In this document: positions 45,976-56,284 of the stretch, piece by piece
How the letters are laid out: each line of letters starts with the position of its first letter
Numbering within the stretch: the first letter of the stretch is position 1
NCBI GenBank assembly: GCA_046292385.1
Contig: JBKBRF010000001.1
Span: 255,305-319,304, forward strand
DNA from: Armatimonadota bacterium
GTDB taxonomy: Bacteria > Armatimonadota > SYMT01
Direction: 5' to 3'
DNA length: 64,000 bases
Notes under the pieces: generated by a model
Database searches by the model: none
What the model saw: the letters and a program-made list of their open reading frames with translations, nothing else
What the model was told of the DNA's origin: nothing
Position numbers and translations under genes: made by a program

Positions 45976-47697
45976 GTGGGCGAGGCACACGAGACCAACA
46001 CAGTGGCCGCGACTCCGGGGACACCGGGGGGCCGCCAGACCGACTACCTCCGTGAGGCTATCAAGGAAGACCTCCGGACCGGGCGGTTCGACCGCGTGCA
46101 CACCCGCTTCCCGCCGGAGCCGAACGCGTACCTCCACATCGGCCACGCCAAGGCGGTCTGGATCGACTATGGCATCGCGCTGGAGTTCAACGGCCTCTTC
46201 AACCTCCGCTTCGACGACACCAACCCACTGCGGGAAGAGCAGGAGTTCGTCGACGGGATCATCGAGGACGTTCGCTGGCTGGGTGCCGACTGGGGCGACC
46301 GGCTCTTCTTCGCGTCGGACTACTTCGAGCAGATGTACGCGTGGGCCTGCGACCTGATCCGCAAGGGCAAGGCGTATGTCTGCGATCTCTCCGCGGAGGA
46401 GCTGAGCGCCACCCGCGGCACGCTCACCACGCCCGGAGAGGAGAGCCCGTACCGCAACCGCAGCGTGGAGGAGAGCCTCGACCTCTTCGCCCGGATGCGC
46501 GCCGGGGAGTTCCCGGACGGCTCCCGCACGCTGCGGGCGAAGATCGATATGGCCTCGCCGAACATGGTGATGCGCGACCCGGTGATGTACCGGATCATGC
46601 ACGCGCACCATCACCGCCAGGGCGACAAGTGGTGCATCTATCCGACCTACGACTGGGCCCACGGCCTGGAAGACTCGATCGAGGGCGTCACCCACTCGCT
46701 CTGCTCGCAGGAGTACGAGATCCACCGCCCGCTCTACGACTGGTTCCTGGACGAGCTCGGCATCTACCATCCCCGCCAGATCGAGTTCGCGCGCCTCAAC
46801 CTGACTCACACGGTGATGAGCAAGCGCCGCTTCATCGAGCTGGTGAACGGCGGCCACGTGAACGGCTACGACGATCCGCGGCTCCCCACGCTGGCGGGGC
46901 TGCGGCGGCGCGGCTACACGCCGGAGGCAATCAGGGAGTTCTGCCGCAAGATCGGGGTCTCCAAGACCGACAGCCGGGTCGAGGTGGCCTACCTGGAGGA
47001 CACCCTCCGCGAAGACCTGAACCGCCGCTCTCCGCGCGTGATGGCGGTGCAGGACCCGCTCAAGGTGGTGCTGGTCAACTACCCGGAAGGCGAGACCGAA
47101 GAGCTGGACGTGATCAACAACCCGGAAGACCCGGAGGCGGGGACGCGGAAGGTGCCGTTCGCGCGGGAGCTCTACATCGAGCGGGACGACTTCCGCGAAG
47201 ACCCGCCGCCGAAGTTCTTCCGCCTGGCGCCCGACCGCGAGGTGCGGCTGCGGAACGGCTACCTGATCACCTGCGTGGATGTGGTGAAGGACGAGAGCGG
47301 TACCGTGACCGAGCTGCGCTGCACCTACGACCCGGAGACCCGCGGCGGCGACGCCCCGGACGGCCGCCGGGTGAAGGCGACGCTGCACTGGGTCGCCGCG
47401 CCGACCGCCGTCCCCGCCGAGATCCGGCTCTACGACCACCTCTTCGTGAATCCGGACCCGGATGACGTGGCCCCGGGCGAGACCTACCTCTCCAACCTGA
47501 ACCCGGACTCCATGAAAGTAGTCCAGGGCTTCGTCGAGCCGAGCGTCGCCGACGCCGCCCCCGGCACGCGCTACCAGTTCGAGCGGCTGGGATACTTCTG
47601 CGTCGACCCGGATTCGGCCCCCGGGCGGCCGGTCTTCAACCGCACCGTCACCCTGCGCGACACCTGGGCGAAGATCGAGAAGCGGGGAGGGAAGTAG
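45976..47697 (+). CDS. glnS: Glutamine--tRNA ligase
   Basis: [49 protein letters not shown] and YQFERLGYF motifs; GTG start after GGAGAGGA. Confidence 0.96.
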   Translation: MGEAHETNTVAATPGTPGGRQTDYLREAIKEDLRTGRFDRVHTRFPPEPNAYLHIGHAKAVWIDYGIALEFNGLFNLRFDDTNPLREEQEFVDGIIEDVRWLGADWGDRLFFASDYFEQMYAWACDLIRKGKAYVCDLSAEELSATRGTLTTPGEESPYRNRSVEESLDLFARMRAGEFPDGSRTLRAKIDMASPNMVMRDPVMYRIMHAHHHRQGDKWCIYPTYDWAHGLEDSIEGVTHSLCSQEYEIHRPLYDWFLDELGIYHPRQIEFARLNLTHTVMSKRRFIELVNGGHVNGYDDPRLPTLAGLRRRGYTPEAIREFCRKIGVSKTDSRVEVAYLEDTLREDLNRRSPRVMAVQDPLKVVLVNYPEGETEELDVINNPEDPEAGTRKVPFARELYIERDDFREDPPPKFFRLAPDREVRLRNGYLITCVDVVKDESGTVTELRCTYDPETRGGDAPDGRRVKATLHWVAAPTAVPAEIRLYDHLFVNPDPDDVAPGETYLSNLNPDSMKVVQGFVEPSVADAAPGTRYQFERLGYFCVDPDSAPGRPVFNRTVTLRDTWAKIEKRGGK

Positions 47698-47728
47698 CCT
47701 CGATTCAGTAGTTTCACGCGGGACTCGC

Positions 47729-47864
47729 AGCGGGCTGTAAACGACCCGCCTGATGCAGTCGCGGAAGGACGCTGAAGCGCCCTGTACTTACGAGTAAGCG
47801 CGCGAGAGTTCAGGGCGCTTCAGCGTCCTTTGAGAAGAGACAGGGTGCTCCTTCAGGGGCACCC
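47729..47864. repeat. REP/BIME-like cluster of inverted palindromes
   Basis: Perfect 20-bp inverted repeat AAGGACGCTGAAGCGCCCTG (47765-47784) / CAGGGCGCTTCAGCGTCCTT (47811-47830); each arm is followed outward by a second hairpin, e.g. GGGTGCTCC-TTCA-GGGGCACCC. Confidence 0.7.
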
Positions 47865-47977
47865 GTCCGTAACGCGCTCGCGTCACGCAAGAATTGCCCT
47901 CGCTCCGAAGGGACACCAGCGACCGGGTGCCAATAATCCTACTGGCCGCCGCTGTCTCGCCGCCCATTTCGCTCGCT

Positions 47978-48808
47978 ATGCTCTCTCCCCACGCGCACCA
48001 CGCCCTCCGCCGACTTCGGCGCCCGCTCTTGACCACCGCCCTGGCGTTGGTCGCGATCGGCGCTTCCGCGACGCCGCCGGAGCTTCCGGCGGACCGGAAC
48101 ATGTGGCGCTACGCGGTGATCCACCACTCCGCCAGCCCGAGCGGAAACGCCGCCTCATTCGACCGCATGCATCGCGGCAAGGGCTGGGACGGCCTGGCCT
48201 ACCATTTCGTCATTACGAACGGCAAGGGCGGGGTGGATGGCGGGCTGGAAGTGGGGCGCCGCTGGTGGGAGCAGAAGCACGGCGCTCACGCGGGCGCGCT
48301 GGCGGGTGGCGAAGGGGAAGCCCGGAACGACTTCAACGAGTTCGGGATCGGCATCTGCCTCGTCGGCAACTTCGAGAAGTCGACGCCGACGCAGGCGCAG
48401 ATGAAGACGCTCGCCAAGCTCCTGACCCGGCTCCGTGAGGAGTACGGCATCGAGGAGCGGGATATCCTCGGACACCGCCACGTGAAGAGCACCGCCTGCC
48501 CCGGGAAGCAGTTCCCCTGGAAGACGCTCTTCTCCATGTCCGGGATGGGGCAGCCGCACCACCTCTACAAGCGGTCGCAGATCGCCACGCGGGAGCGCTG
48601 CCCCTGGTGCTGGACCGGCGGCGCGGTGGCGAAAGCGCCGCACCCGTTCGCGCCGCAGACTGCCTCCGTGGCCGCGCCGGCTGCCGCTGCGGAGGCCCCG
48701 GCCGATCTGCCCGGCACGCCCGCCGCCGAGGAGCCGAGCGTGGTCCCGGCGGCACCGACCATGGCCTCACCCGGCCCCGCGAGCCGCCCCGAGGGCAACG
48801 GCGGCTAG
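47978..48808 (+). CDS. N-acetylmuramoyl-L-alanine amidase (Amidase_2/PGRP family)
   Basis: VIHHS, LAYHFVI, GAHAG, IGICLVGNF and GHRHV.STACPG Zn-ligand motifs; signal-like N-terminus; Pro/Ala tail. Confidence 0.9.
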   Translation: MLSPHAHHALRRLRRPLLTTALALVAIGASATPPELPADRNMWRYAVIHHSASPSGNAASFDRMHRGKGWDGLAYHFVITNGKGGVDGGLEVGRRWWEQKHGAHAGALAGGEGEARNDFNEFGIGICLVGNFEKSTPTQAQMKTLAKLLTRLREEYGIEERDILGHRHVKSTACPGKQFPWKTLFSMSGMGQPHHLYKRSQIATRERCPWCWTGGAVAKAPHPFAPQTASVAAPAAAAEAPADLPGTPAAEEPSVVPAAPTMASPGPASRPEGNGG

Positions 48809-50341
48809 CTACGGCTTCCCCGGCTGCGGGAGCTTGAGGCGCGAGTCGCCCAGGTCCAGCCGGTACATCACCTGGTTGTAGTCGTACCGCGGCGTCTGGT
48901 CCGGGTTGCCGGAGAAGGCGTGGGTGTAGGTCCCCTCGAAGTAGATCCGCCGCCCGTCGTCTTTGTCGAACTCCGGGTGGTGGACCGGGTTGTAGAAGCT
49001 GTAGCGCTCGTGGGTCACGATCTTCCGCGGGTGGAGCCACGGCCCCTGCGCGTCGTCCGCTTCGGCGTACCAGACCTCGCCGAGCATCGAAGTGCCGCCG
49101 ATCTCGGTGGCGATCATGATCCAGCGGTTCCGGTAGGGGTTCCAGTGGACCGTTCCCCGGTGGATCACCACCGGTTTGCCGGAGTCGGGGTCCTGGAGCA
49201 CGAACCGGCGCTCCTCTCGCTTCAGGTGTCCCTCCTGGATCAGCTTGGCTTCCGCTTCCGAGCCGACCGCGGGAGTATTCCGCTTCCATGCGTAGCGGAC
49301 CTTGCCGGCGGCATCCCGGTCGATCTCCGGCTTCTCCAGGCGGCTGTCCTGGCGCAGCGGCGTGAACGCTTCGTACTGGGACAGGTCCCGCAGCGCCGCG
49401 GCGTTGGCGCGGACGCGCACCAGCGGAAACGGATCGCCGAAGTAGACATACTCCACGCCGTCTACCGTCCGCTTGACCGGATGGCCGAACGGAATGATTG
49501 GCGCGTCCATCGGGAACTTGCCGAGGCCGACGAACTGGCCCTTCTCGTCGTCGTAGCGGCAGAGGCCTCGCTCGTACTCTTCCAGCGGCGGCTTGATCTT
49601 GCTGTAGCCGGCGAAGAGCCGCTCGCGCCCGCCTTCCGGCAGCACGACCAGCGCTCCGAGCCAGGTCAGCCCCTCGCCGGGAAGCGGCGCCATCTCCCGG
49701 GTGAAGCCGCTCTCGTTCTGGAAGTACTCCAGGTTCACGCCGCGGTCCGGGTCCAGCCCGCCGTCTTTCGGCAGCGCGGTGGTGGCGCCGGTCATGTGGA
49801 AGTTGCCGAGCGGGTAAGAGAGCTGGCTCGTGTCGCCCCACATCCAGAACATGCGGCCCTGGTAGATCGCGTTCTGCACGCTGTCCTGGCCCACCACCTG
49901 CGCGTTCAGCAGCGGCTCGCGGATGGGGGTTTCCCGGCCGACCAGCACGCTGTCGCGGTAGATCCCCTCGCCGGTGACACGGTAGAGCCGGTGCGCCAGG
50001 TTCTTGCGCCGGATCTTGACCGTGGCGGTCTTGCCCGGCTCTACCTTCAGCCGCACGCCGCGGATGCCGAAGCCGTCCGGCGGCAGCTCGTAGCCGTGGC
50101 TGGTGACGGAGAAAAAGGTCAGGCGGCCGTCGTAGCCGGGCTCCGTGATCGCGGCGAGGCCGTGGCTGTCGGTGACGTACCGCACCGCGTGGACCGTCTT
50201 CAGCTCCACGAGCGGGACACCGCGGCCGGTCTCCTCGTCGACGACCTCGATCGCGAACGGTCGTACCGGCTGGGCGGCGGCGCCGAGAGAGAAGCAGGTG
50301 AGGAGCAGGAGTGCGGAGGGGAGAAGAGCTCGGAGCCTCAT
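48809..50341 (-). CDS. Secreted hypothetical protein (Ig-like N-terminus plus probable beta-propeller)
   Basis: Signal peptide; VVDEETGRGVPLV carboxypeptidase-regulatory-like start; WGDT and YSFYNP motifs reminiscent of DUF4185/GH43-like propellers (inference). Confidence 0.75.
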   Translation of the reverse strand: MRLRALLPSALLLLTCFSLGAAAQPVRPFAIEVVDEETGRGVPLVELKTVHAVRYVTDSHGLAAITEPGYDGRLTFFSVTSHGYELPPDGFGIRGVRLKVEPGKTATVKIRRKNLAHRLYRVTGEGIYRDSVLVGRETPIREPLLNAQVVGQDSVQNAIYQGRMFWMWGDTSQLSYPLGNFHMTGATTALPKDGGLDPDRGVNLEYFQNESGFTREMAPLPGEGLTWLGALVVLPEGGRERLFAGYSKIKPPLEEYERGLCRYDDEKGQFVGLGKFPMDAPIIPFGHPVKRTVDGVEYVYFGDPFPLVRVRANAAALRDLSQYEAFTPLRQDSRLEKPEIDRDAAGKVRYAWKRNTPAVGSEAEAKLIQEGHLKREERRFVLQDPDSGKPVVIHRGTVHWNPYRNRWIMIATEIGGTSMLGEVWYAEADDAQGPWLHPRKIVTHERYSFYNPVHHPEFDKDDGRRIYFEGTYTHAFSGNPDQTPRYDYNQVMYRLDLGDSRLKLPQPGKP

Positions 50342-50363
50342 CAGAATTCCTTTGCGGAGCGGT

Positions 50364-51737
50364 TCAGCACGGGCGGCGGTGGGCGGTCATGCGGACCCCA
50401 TGCTTGGGACGGAGCGTGATGACCGGCTGCGGGACGATCGGGTGACCCTTCACCAGCCGGAGCTCCCAGCTGGCGGCGAGCGTGGCGAGGACCAGGATAC
50501 CCTCCATCCAGGCGAACTGCTCGCCGATGCAGAGGCGCGAGCCGCCGCCGAACGGATAGTAGCTGAACTTCGGCCGCTCCGCAGAGCGCTCCGGCGACCA
50601 GCGCTGCGGGTCGAACCGGAACGGGTCCGGGTAGAAGCGGGGGTCGTGGTGCGTCACCCACTGGCTCATCAGCACCAGCGCCCCGGCCGGGAGGGTGAAG
50701 GCGCCGAGCGGACACTCCTCCACCGCCTGCCTCGCGATGATCCACGCCGGCGGGAAGCAGCGCATCGACTCGGCGAAGACCATCCGGGTGTAAGGGAGGC
50801 GCGGCACGTCCTCGACGGTCGGAAGCCGTCCGCCGAGCACGGAGTCGACCTCCGCCTGCAGCGCCCGCAGCGCCTCCGGATTCTCGGAGAGGAGATACCA
50901 GGTCCACGCCAGCGCGTTGGCGGTCGTCTCGTGCCCGGCCAGGAGCAGCGTCATCGCCTCGTCGCGGAGCTGAAGGTCGGTCATCTTGCCGCCGTCGCCC
51001 TCCGGATCGGTGGCGAGCAGCAGCATCGAGAGCAGGTCGCCGCGGTCCTCGCCGGACGCTCGCCGCTCCGCGATCATGCGGTAGACGGTGGCGTCGAGCC
51101 GTTCCCGCGCGGTGTTGAACCGGCGCGTCAGGAACGGGAGATACGGCTCTAACCGGCGCGCGAACGGGAGCGTGGCGAAGCGGTAGAGGTGGAGCGACTC
51201 CGAGAGCGCGTCGGAGATGACGCCGATCTCGTCGGCCACGTCGGAGTCGAAGAGCGTCTTCGCGGCGATGCGGATGGTGAGGCCGCGCATCTCCTCCGCC
51301 GCGTCGAGCTCCGCGCCGTCCGACCAGCGCCGCTGCCACTCCGCGGAGTAACCGGACATCACCGCGGCGTAGGCCGCCACTCGCTGCCGGTGGAACGCCG
51401 GCTGCGCCAGGCGCCGCTGCCGCCGGTGGAACGCGCCTTCGCTGGTGAGCAGCCCCTCGCCGAGGAGCCGCTGGGCGACGCGCAGCCCGGGGCCCTTCTG
51501 GAAGCGGCGGTCGTGGTTCACCAGCACCGCCTGGATTAGCTCCGGATCGTTCAGCAGGTAGGCCGGCTGCGGGCCGAGGCGCAGCTCTACCACGTCGCCG
51601 TGTTCTTGCGCCAGCCGGCGCAGGAAGCGCAGCGGATCGACGCGCAGCGGGATCAGTCCGCCGAGAGGCAGCCAGGTGCGGTGCCGCCGCGGGACTGCGC
51701 CCGCGCCCGGGGCGCCGGCTCGTCCGGTCGCCTGCAC
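50364..51737 (-). CDS. Cytochrome P450
   Basis: LLAGHETT, ESMR (ExxR), FDPQRW and PFGGGSRLCIG (heme Cys) motifs. Confidence 0.96.
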   Translation of the reverse strand: MQATGRAGAPGAGAVPRRHRTWLPLGGLIPLRVDPLRFLRRLAQEHGDVVELRLGPQPAYLLNDPELIQAVLVNHDRRFQKGPGLRVAQRLLGEGLLTSEGAFHRRQRRLAQPAFHRQRVAAYAAVMSGYSAEWQRRWSDGAELDAAEEMRGLTIRIAAKTLFDSDVADEIGVISDALSESLHLYRFATLPFARRLEPYLPFLTRRFNTARERLDATVYRMIAERRASGEDRGDLLSMLLLATDPEGDGGKMTDLQLRDEAMTLLLAGHETTANALAWTWYLLSENPEALRALQAEVDSVLGGRLPTVEDVPRLPYTRMVFAESMRCFPPAWIIARQAVEECPLGAFTLPAGALVLMSQWVTHHDPRFYPDPFRFDPQRWSPERSAERPKFSYYPFGGGSRLCIGEQFAWMEGILVLATLAASWELRLVKGHPIVPQPVITLRPKHGVRMTAHRRPC

Positions 51738-51738
51738 C

Positions 51739-52521
51739 TCACGCGCCTCCCGCGCCGGCCGGCTGCGGCCGGTCCCAGCCGAGGACCCGCTCCACCTCCC
51801 GCAGCCACACCCGGTAGCCGGCGTCGTTGAGGTGGAGCCCGTCCGGCGTGTACTCCGCCTTCAGCTCGCCGCCGTCGTCCACGAAGAGGCGGTGGAGGTC
51901 GAGGTAGGGATAGCCGGCTTCCCGCGCCAGGCGCTCCAGACGGCGGTTGAACTCCCGCACCGGCTCGTTCCGGGCTGCGAAGTCGCCCCGGGTCGGCAGG
52001 ACGGACTGCACGTAGACGCGCAGCTGCGGGGAATGCTCCTTGACCCGGCGGAGCAGCTCCCGGTAGCCGGTCTCCATCCCGTCGACGGTGTGGCCGCCGT
52101 TCAGGTCGTTAATGCCGATCATCAGGAAGACGTGCGAGGGGGCGCAGTCGAAGATCGACTCGTCGAGTCGCTTCAGCACCCCGCGCGGATCGTCCGGGGC
52201 CAGTTGATTCCCGATCACGTCGCCGCCGATGCCGCGGTTCAGCACCCGGCGCCCGGGGAAGTAGCGCGGGACCTCGAACCCCTCGGTGATGCTGTCGCCG
52301 AGCAGCACCACGTTCCGGAAGACCTGGTTCTGGTCCCGGAAGGCGCGGACGCGGTTCTCGTAGTGGAAGCGGAGCAGGGCGCCGAGATCGACCGGCGCCG
52401 GCTTCTTCTCCTCCTTCGCGGGCTCCGCCTTCGTCTCCGGGCCGGCGGGCGCCGGGGAGGCGGGCTGGCCGCTGCCGGTCCCGATCAGGACGGAGAAGAC
52501 GAGCAGGAGGGGGAGCTTCAT
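51739..52521 (-). CDS. Secreted GDSL/SGNH hydrolase
   Basis: LLGDSITE, NRGIGGD, IGINDL and DGLHLN motifs; signal peptide starting MKLPLLL. Confidence 0.92.
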   Translation of the reverse strand: MKLPLLLVFSVLIGTGSGQPASPAPAGPETKAEPAKEEKKPAPVDLGALLRFHYENRVRAFRDQNQVFRNVVLLGDSITEGFEVPRYFPGRRVLNRGIGGDVIGNQLAPDDPRGVLKRLDESIFDCAPSHVFLMIGINDLNGGHTVDGMETGYRELLRRVKEHSPQLRVYVQSVLPTRGDFAARNEPVREFNRRLERLAREAGYPYLDLHRLFVDDGGELKAEYTPDGLHLNDAGYRVWLREVERVLGWDRPQPAGAGGA

Positions 52522-52729
52522 CGGGGGAGCCTCGCGTCTGGCGGCGCGTGCCTCTGGCACTTGCCGGCGGATACACCGGAAGTCTCCTCCACCCGGCAGG
52601 CAGAGGAGTAGGTCCGATGTCCCAGCTTAGTCAGCAAGTAGTCCCAAATGCGCCCCGTTACGGTCCATACGCGGGCGAGGGTCGAGCCCCGCGCTGGGGT
52701 CCCGACCCTCGCAGCGGGGCGGAGCGACG

Positions 52730-53554
52730 TCAGTCCGCCCAGTCGCCGGTGGTCTGCAGGCTCTCGAACTCCCGGAGGAAGAGCGGCTCGACCGGGGTGC
52801 CGTCCGGCTTGCGGGTGATCGCGAGGAACTGGTCCGGGGCAATGCCGCCGTCTCGCGGGTCCTTGATCATCGGGCAGATCGCGTAGCGGAGGGGATCGTT
52901 GAGCGGCCGGACCAGCTTCGTCACCAGCCCCTTCTTGTAGAGCTTGTCGATCTCGCTGGTGGTGCGGAGGATCGGCGTGCCGTCGAGTGCCAGGCCGTTC
53001 TTGCGGGCGAGATCACTCAGCTCCTTCTGGCCGTCCCGCGTGCTGAAGGCGCGCGGCGTGTAGTTGACCCAGACGTGGAGCCAGAGCCCGAGCGGGTTGT
53101 TGCTGAAGTAGCCGTGCCGCATGTCGAGCAGCACCGACTGCCGCGCGCCTCCCAGGCCGAGCGGATCGGCTCCTCGCGCGGGGAAGACGTACTCGATGCT
53201 GCGGTCGGCGATCTGCCGGGCGCGGCGGCCCGCCGCATCCGGCGTGAACCCCTGCGCGCTGAGCCCGCCGAGCACGGTGAAGAACCACGGCTTGCCGCTG
53301 TGGTCGTACGAGGGGAAGGTGAGGAGCGCGCGGACGTCTCGCTGGTAGGCGAAGATCGGCGTGTCCTGCACCGCCAGCGGCGGCACCGCCTGGCGCCGTC
53401 CCGCGATCGCCGCGGGGTTGACGCCGTTCTGAAGGTAGAAGGCGTCGGTGAAATCGTAGAGGCGGTCCGCTACGTCGGCGCGGGCCGGCGCGGCGAGGGA
53501 GACGAGCAGCGGCGCCGCGAGCAGCGCCAGGGCGGACAGGAGCTTGAGCTTCAT
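52730..53554 (-). CDS. Secreted hypothetical protein
   Basis: Signal peptide MKLKLLSALALLAAPLLVSLAAPARA-D; typical high-GC coding pattern; no family recognised. Confidence 0.75.
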   Translation of the reverse strand: MKLKLLSALALLAAPLLVSLAAPARADVADRLYDFTDAFYLQNGVNPAAIAGRRQAVPPLAVQDTPIFAYQRDVRALLTFPSYDHSGKPWFFTVLGGLSAQGFTPDAAGRRARQIADRSIEYVFPARGADPLGLGGARQSVLLDMRHGYFSNNPLGLWLHVWVNYTPRAFSTRDGQKELSDLARKNGLALDGTPILRTTSEIDKLYKKGLVTKLVRPLNDPLRYAICPMIKDPRDGGIAPDQFLAITRKPDGTPVEPLFLREFESLQTTGDWAD

Positions 53555-53841
53555 CGTGGGTATCCGGTAAGAGGCGGAAGGGTAAGGGGCAGGTCGCTCG
53601 AGTGCGCTCCCCGTCTCCATAAAGGCGGCCGAGGCGCTCCTGATACACCCGCTCCGATCACGAAGAATCCGACACTGCACGGCTGCATCCTGCATGTATC
53701 GTTTCCGAGGTTCCGGGGAACCGTGGTGTCGGGACGTGGGTCTCCACTGCACCGGGACGAGAGCTCCCGTGGGAATAACGAAACGGACCGGGACCTCCGG
53801 CAAAGCGTGTTGGGGTCCCGCGGTGATACGGAGTGGAAGCG

Positions 53842-54924
53842 ATGAAGAAGGCGACTATCTGGATAGCTGGGGTAGGCATCGCGCTGGCGGCGGGCGGCGC
53901 CGCGCAGGCGCAGGGCTCGGCCAGCCTGGTGCCGGTGATGGTGAACGGTGGCCGTCTGGACCGCCCGGGGCTGCTGCTGCGGGACGTGAACCGGACCGTC
54001 GTGCCGATGCGAGCGCTCTTTGAGGCGCTCGGCGCGAACGTGCGGTGGGATGCCTCGCAGCGGGCGGTCTATGCCTGGACGCCGGACGGCAACGGCATCC
54101 GCCTGGGAGTGGGAGAGCGCTCCGCGCAGACGCTGCTGATGGACACCGACCCGGGGCCGGGCGCCTGGGGCCGCGTGACCGGCCAGTACCGGCTCGACGC
54201 CCCCGCGATGCTGCGCGAGGGCACCGTCTACGTGCCGCTGCGGTTCGCTTCCGAGGCGCTGAAGGCCGACGTGCGCTTCGCCGCGCACGAGCCGGCGGTC
54301 TACGTCCGCTCGCAGCTCGTCGCCGGCTACCGGGAGGGGGACCTGATCGACGGCGAGCTTCCGGCCCGCCCCGACGAGCGGCTCGACCGCCGCGAAGCGC
54401 GTAGAGAGCGCCGGGAAGACCGCCGCTCGACCGAGCTGGAGCTGGAGCGCTCCCGGCAGCGCGAGCTGGAGCTGGAGCGCGAGCTGGAAGCGGAGCGCAA
54501 CCGGGAAGTGGTGCCGCCGGTCGACCTGCAGGCCCGCGAGATCGCGGAGAACCTGGAGCTGAAGCTGGAGCTCCCGGCGCGGCGGCTCGACCTCGATCAG
54601 AAGTCGGTGCCGATCCGGCTGGTGGTGCGGAACACCGGCAGGCAGCCGCTCACCGTCCCGTTCCGCTCGGGGCAGCGGTTCAACATCGAGGTGCTGCAGG
54701 AAGGAAAGCTGGTCTGGAGCTGGGCGCACGATCGCGCCTTCACCCAGGCGCTGACGGAGATGACGCTGGAGCCGGGGCAGGCGCAGGTCTTCCCGGTCCG
54801 CTGGAGCCTGGCCGATAACCGCGGCGAGGTGGTCCAGCCGGGCCGCTACACCGTGCGCGGAATCCTGACCACCAGCTTCCGCGAGCCGCAGCTCGTGGTG
54901 GAAGAGCGGATCAACGTCCGCTAA
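53842..54924 (+). CDS. Secreted protein: copper amine oxidase N-terminal (stalk) domain plus BsuPI-like protease-inhibitor domain
   Basis: Signal peptide; RTVVPMRALFEALGANVRWD and YVPLRFASEAL; FRSGQRFNIEV...WSWAHDRAFTQAL..TLEPG. Confidence 0.85.
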   Translation: MKKATIWIAGVGIALAAGGAAQAQGSASLVPVMVNGGRLDRPGLLLRDVNRTVVPMRALFEALGANVRWDASQRAVYAWTPDGNGIRLGVGERSAQTLLMDTDPGPGAWGRVTGQYRLDAPAMLREGTVYVPLRFASEALKADVRFAAHEPAVYVRSQLVAGYREGDLIDGELPARPDERLDRREARRERREDRRSTELELERSRQRELELERELEAERNREVVPPVDLQAREIAENLELKLELPARRLDLDQKSVPIRLVVRNTGRQPLTVPFRSGQRFNIEVLQEGKLVWSWAHDRAFTQALTEMTLEPGQAQVFPVRWSLADNRGEVVQPGRYTVRGILTTSFREPQLVVEERINVR

Positions 54925-54928
54925 CCCG

Positions 54929-56284
54929 CTAGCGCAGGTGCGGGGGCCGGCTGGTCGGGCCGGCTCCCGCCTGCTGCTTGCGACCGCGACCCAGGTAGAG
55001 CACGCAGAAGAACACCGTTCCGGCCACCACCAGCAGCGCGCCGCCCACCACGAAGAGCGCGACCTTCCCGGCAAACGCCATCTGCTTTCGCTGGGACGGC
55101 GTGAGGCTCTCTCCCGTCAGGCCCAGGCCGGCACCGAGCTTCCCCTGTGCGAGCTGTGCCAGGCGGAGATCCTCGCGGAGGTGCTTCGTATCGTCGTGTT
55201 CGGCTCCGAGGTCCTTGTCCGCGATGGTGAGAGCCCGTTGAAAGTGGCGCTCTGCCTCCGCGAACTGATTGAGCTGAGCGCAGCTTTCTCCCAGATAGTG
55301 GACCGTCTGCAGGTAGTCGCGCGGGTTGGCGCCGAGCTCTTCCCAGTGCCGGAGCGACTGCTCGTAGAGAACCTTCGCTTCCGCGTAGTCCTCCTGGGTG
55401 AACCTGAGGTCGGCGATCGTGGCGAGCGCCAAGGCAGCTCCGTAGGAATCGGGGCCGTTCTCCCGCAGCAGCCGGAGCTCCTCCCGGTAGTACTTCTCCG
55501 CTTCCGGCCAGTCCTCTTGAGCGTAGTAGAGACGGGCGATGGCTTGCGCCGCCTGGGGGCGTTCGTCGGCGTGGTAGTCCGGTAGCTTCTTCAGGATTGC
55601 CAGTCGCCGCTTCTGGAGAGAGACTGCCTCCGCGTAGCGCTCCTGCTCTTCGTGGACTAAGGCGAGGGTGTCCAGAGCGTCGGAGGTATCGTAGCTCTGC
55701 TTCGAGATGCCTTCCCACCCGCGCAGTGACTGCCGCGCGTAGCGCTCTGCTTCTTCAAGCTCGTCCTGGTTGAGATGGCAGAGTGCGAGGTCTCCAAGCA
55801 CCTCGTTGATCTCGTGGTGGCCGGCGGCGAGCCGCTGCTGTTTGAGCTTCAACACGCGCTCGAGCAGCGGTTCCGCTTCCCCCCGCCGATCCTGGTGCTC
55901 CAGGAACTCGGCAAGCTCGAGAAGCAGGTCCTCCAGGCTGGGATGGCGCGATCCGAGGAGCCGCTCCCGCAATTTGAGCGCGGTGCGGTACTCCCGTTCC
56001 GCCGTCTGAAAGTCTTCCCGGCTCCACGCGACCGACGCAAGCTCCTCGTGAACTTCCGCGCGCCGCGGGTCGCGGGGAGGGAACCGTTCGGAGAGCTTCA
56101 ACGCGGCCTTAAGCTCCCGCTCCGCGCGGTCGTAGTCTTCGTCCAGGCTCGCCACTCGCGCCGCTTCGATCCGGCGCTGCCAATCGGAGACCGCGCCCAG
56201 AGCCGGAAGTGCAGCCGGTAGGCACACTCCCGCTGCCAGGCAGAAGAGTGCGGAGCTGCGCATCAGCCTGGATAGGGGGCTCAT
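54929..56284 (-). CDS. Tetratricopeptide repeat protein (kinesin-light-chain-like TPRs) with C-terminal TM anchor
   Basis: ATG at 56284 overlaps the POP stop; signal peptide; repeated EAEPLLERVL..LG..HP units; hydrophobic C-terminus. Confidence 0.85.
   Translation of the reverse strand: MSPLSRLMRSSALFCLAAGVCLPAALPALGAVSDWQRRIEAARVASLDEDYDRAERELKAALKLSERFPPRDPRRAEVHEELASVAWSREDFQTAEREYRTALKLRERLLGSRHPSLEDLLLELAEFLEHQDRRGEAEPLLERVLKLKQQRLAAGHHEINEVLGDLALCHLNQDELEEAERYARQSLRGWEGISKQSYDTSDALDTLALVHEEQERYAEAVSLQKRRLAILKKLPDYHADERPQAAQAIARLYYAQEDWPEAEKYYREELRLLRENGPDSYGAALALATIADLRFTQEDYAEAKVLYEQSLRHWEELGANPRDYLQTVHYLGESCAQLNQFAEAERHFQRALTIADKDLGAEHDDTKHLREDLRLAQLAQGKLGAGLGLTGESLTPSQRKQMAFAGKVALFVVGGALLVVAGTVFFCVLYLGRGRKQQAGAGPTSRPPHLR

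Noticed and set aside
53842..54924. Copper amine oxidase enzyme
   Set aside because: Only the N-terminal stalk-type domain is present, with no catalytic TPQ domain.
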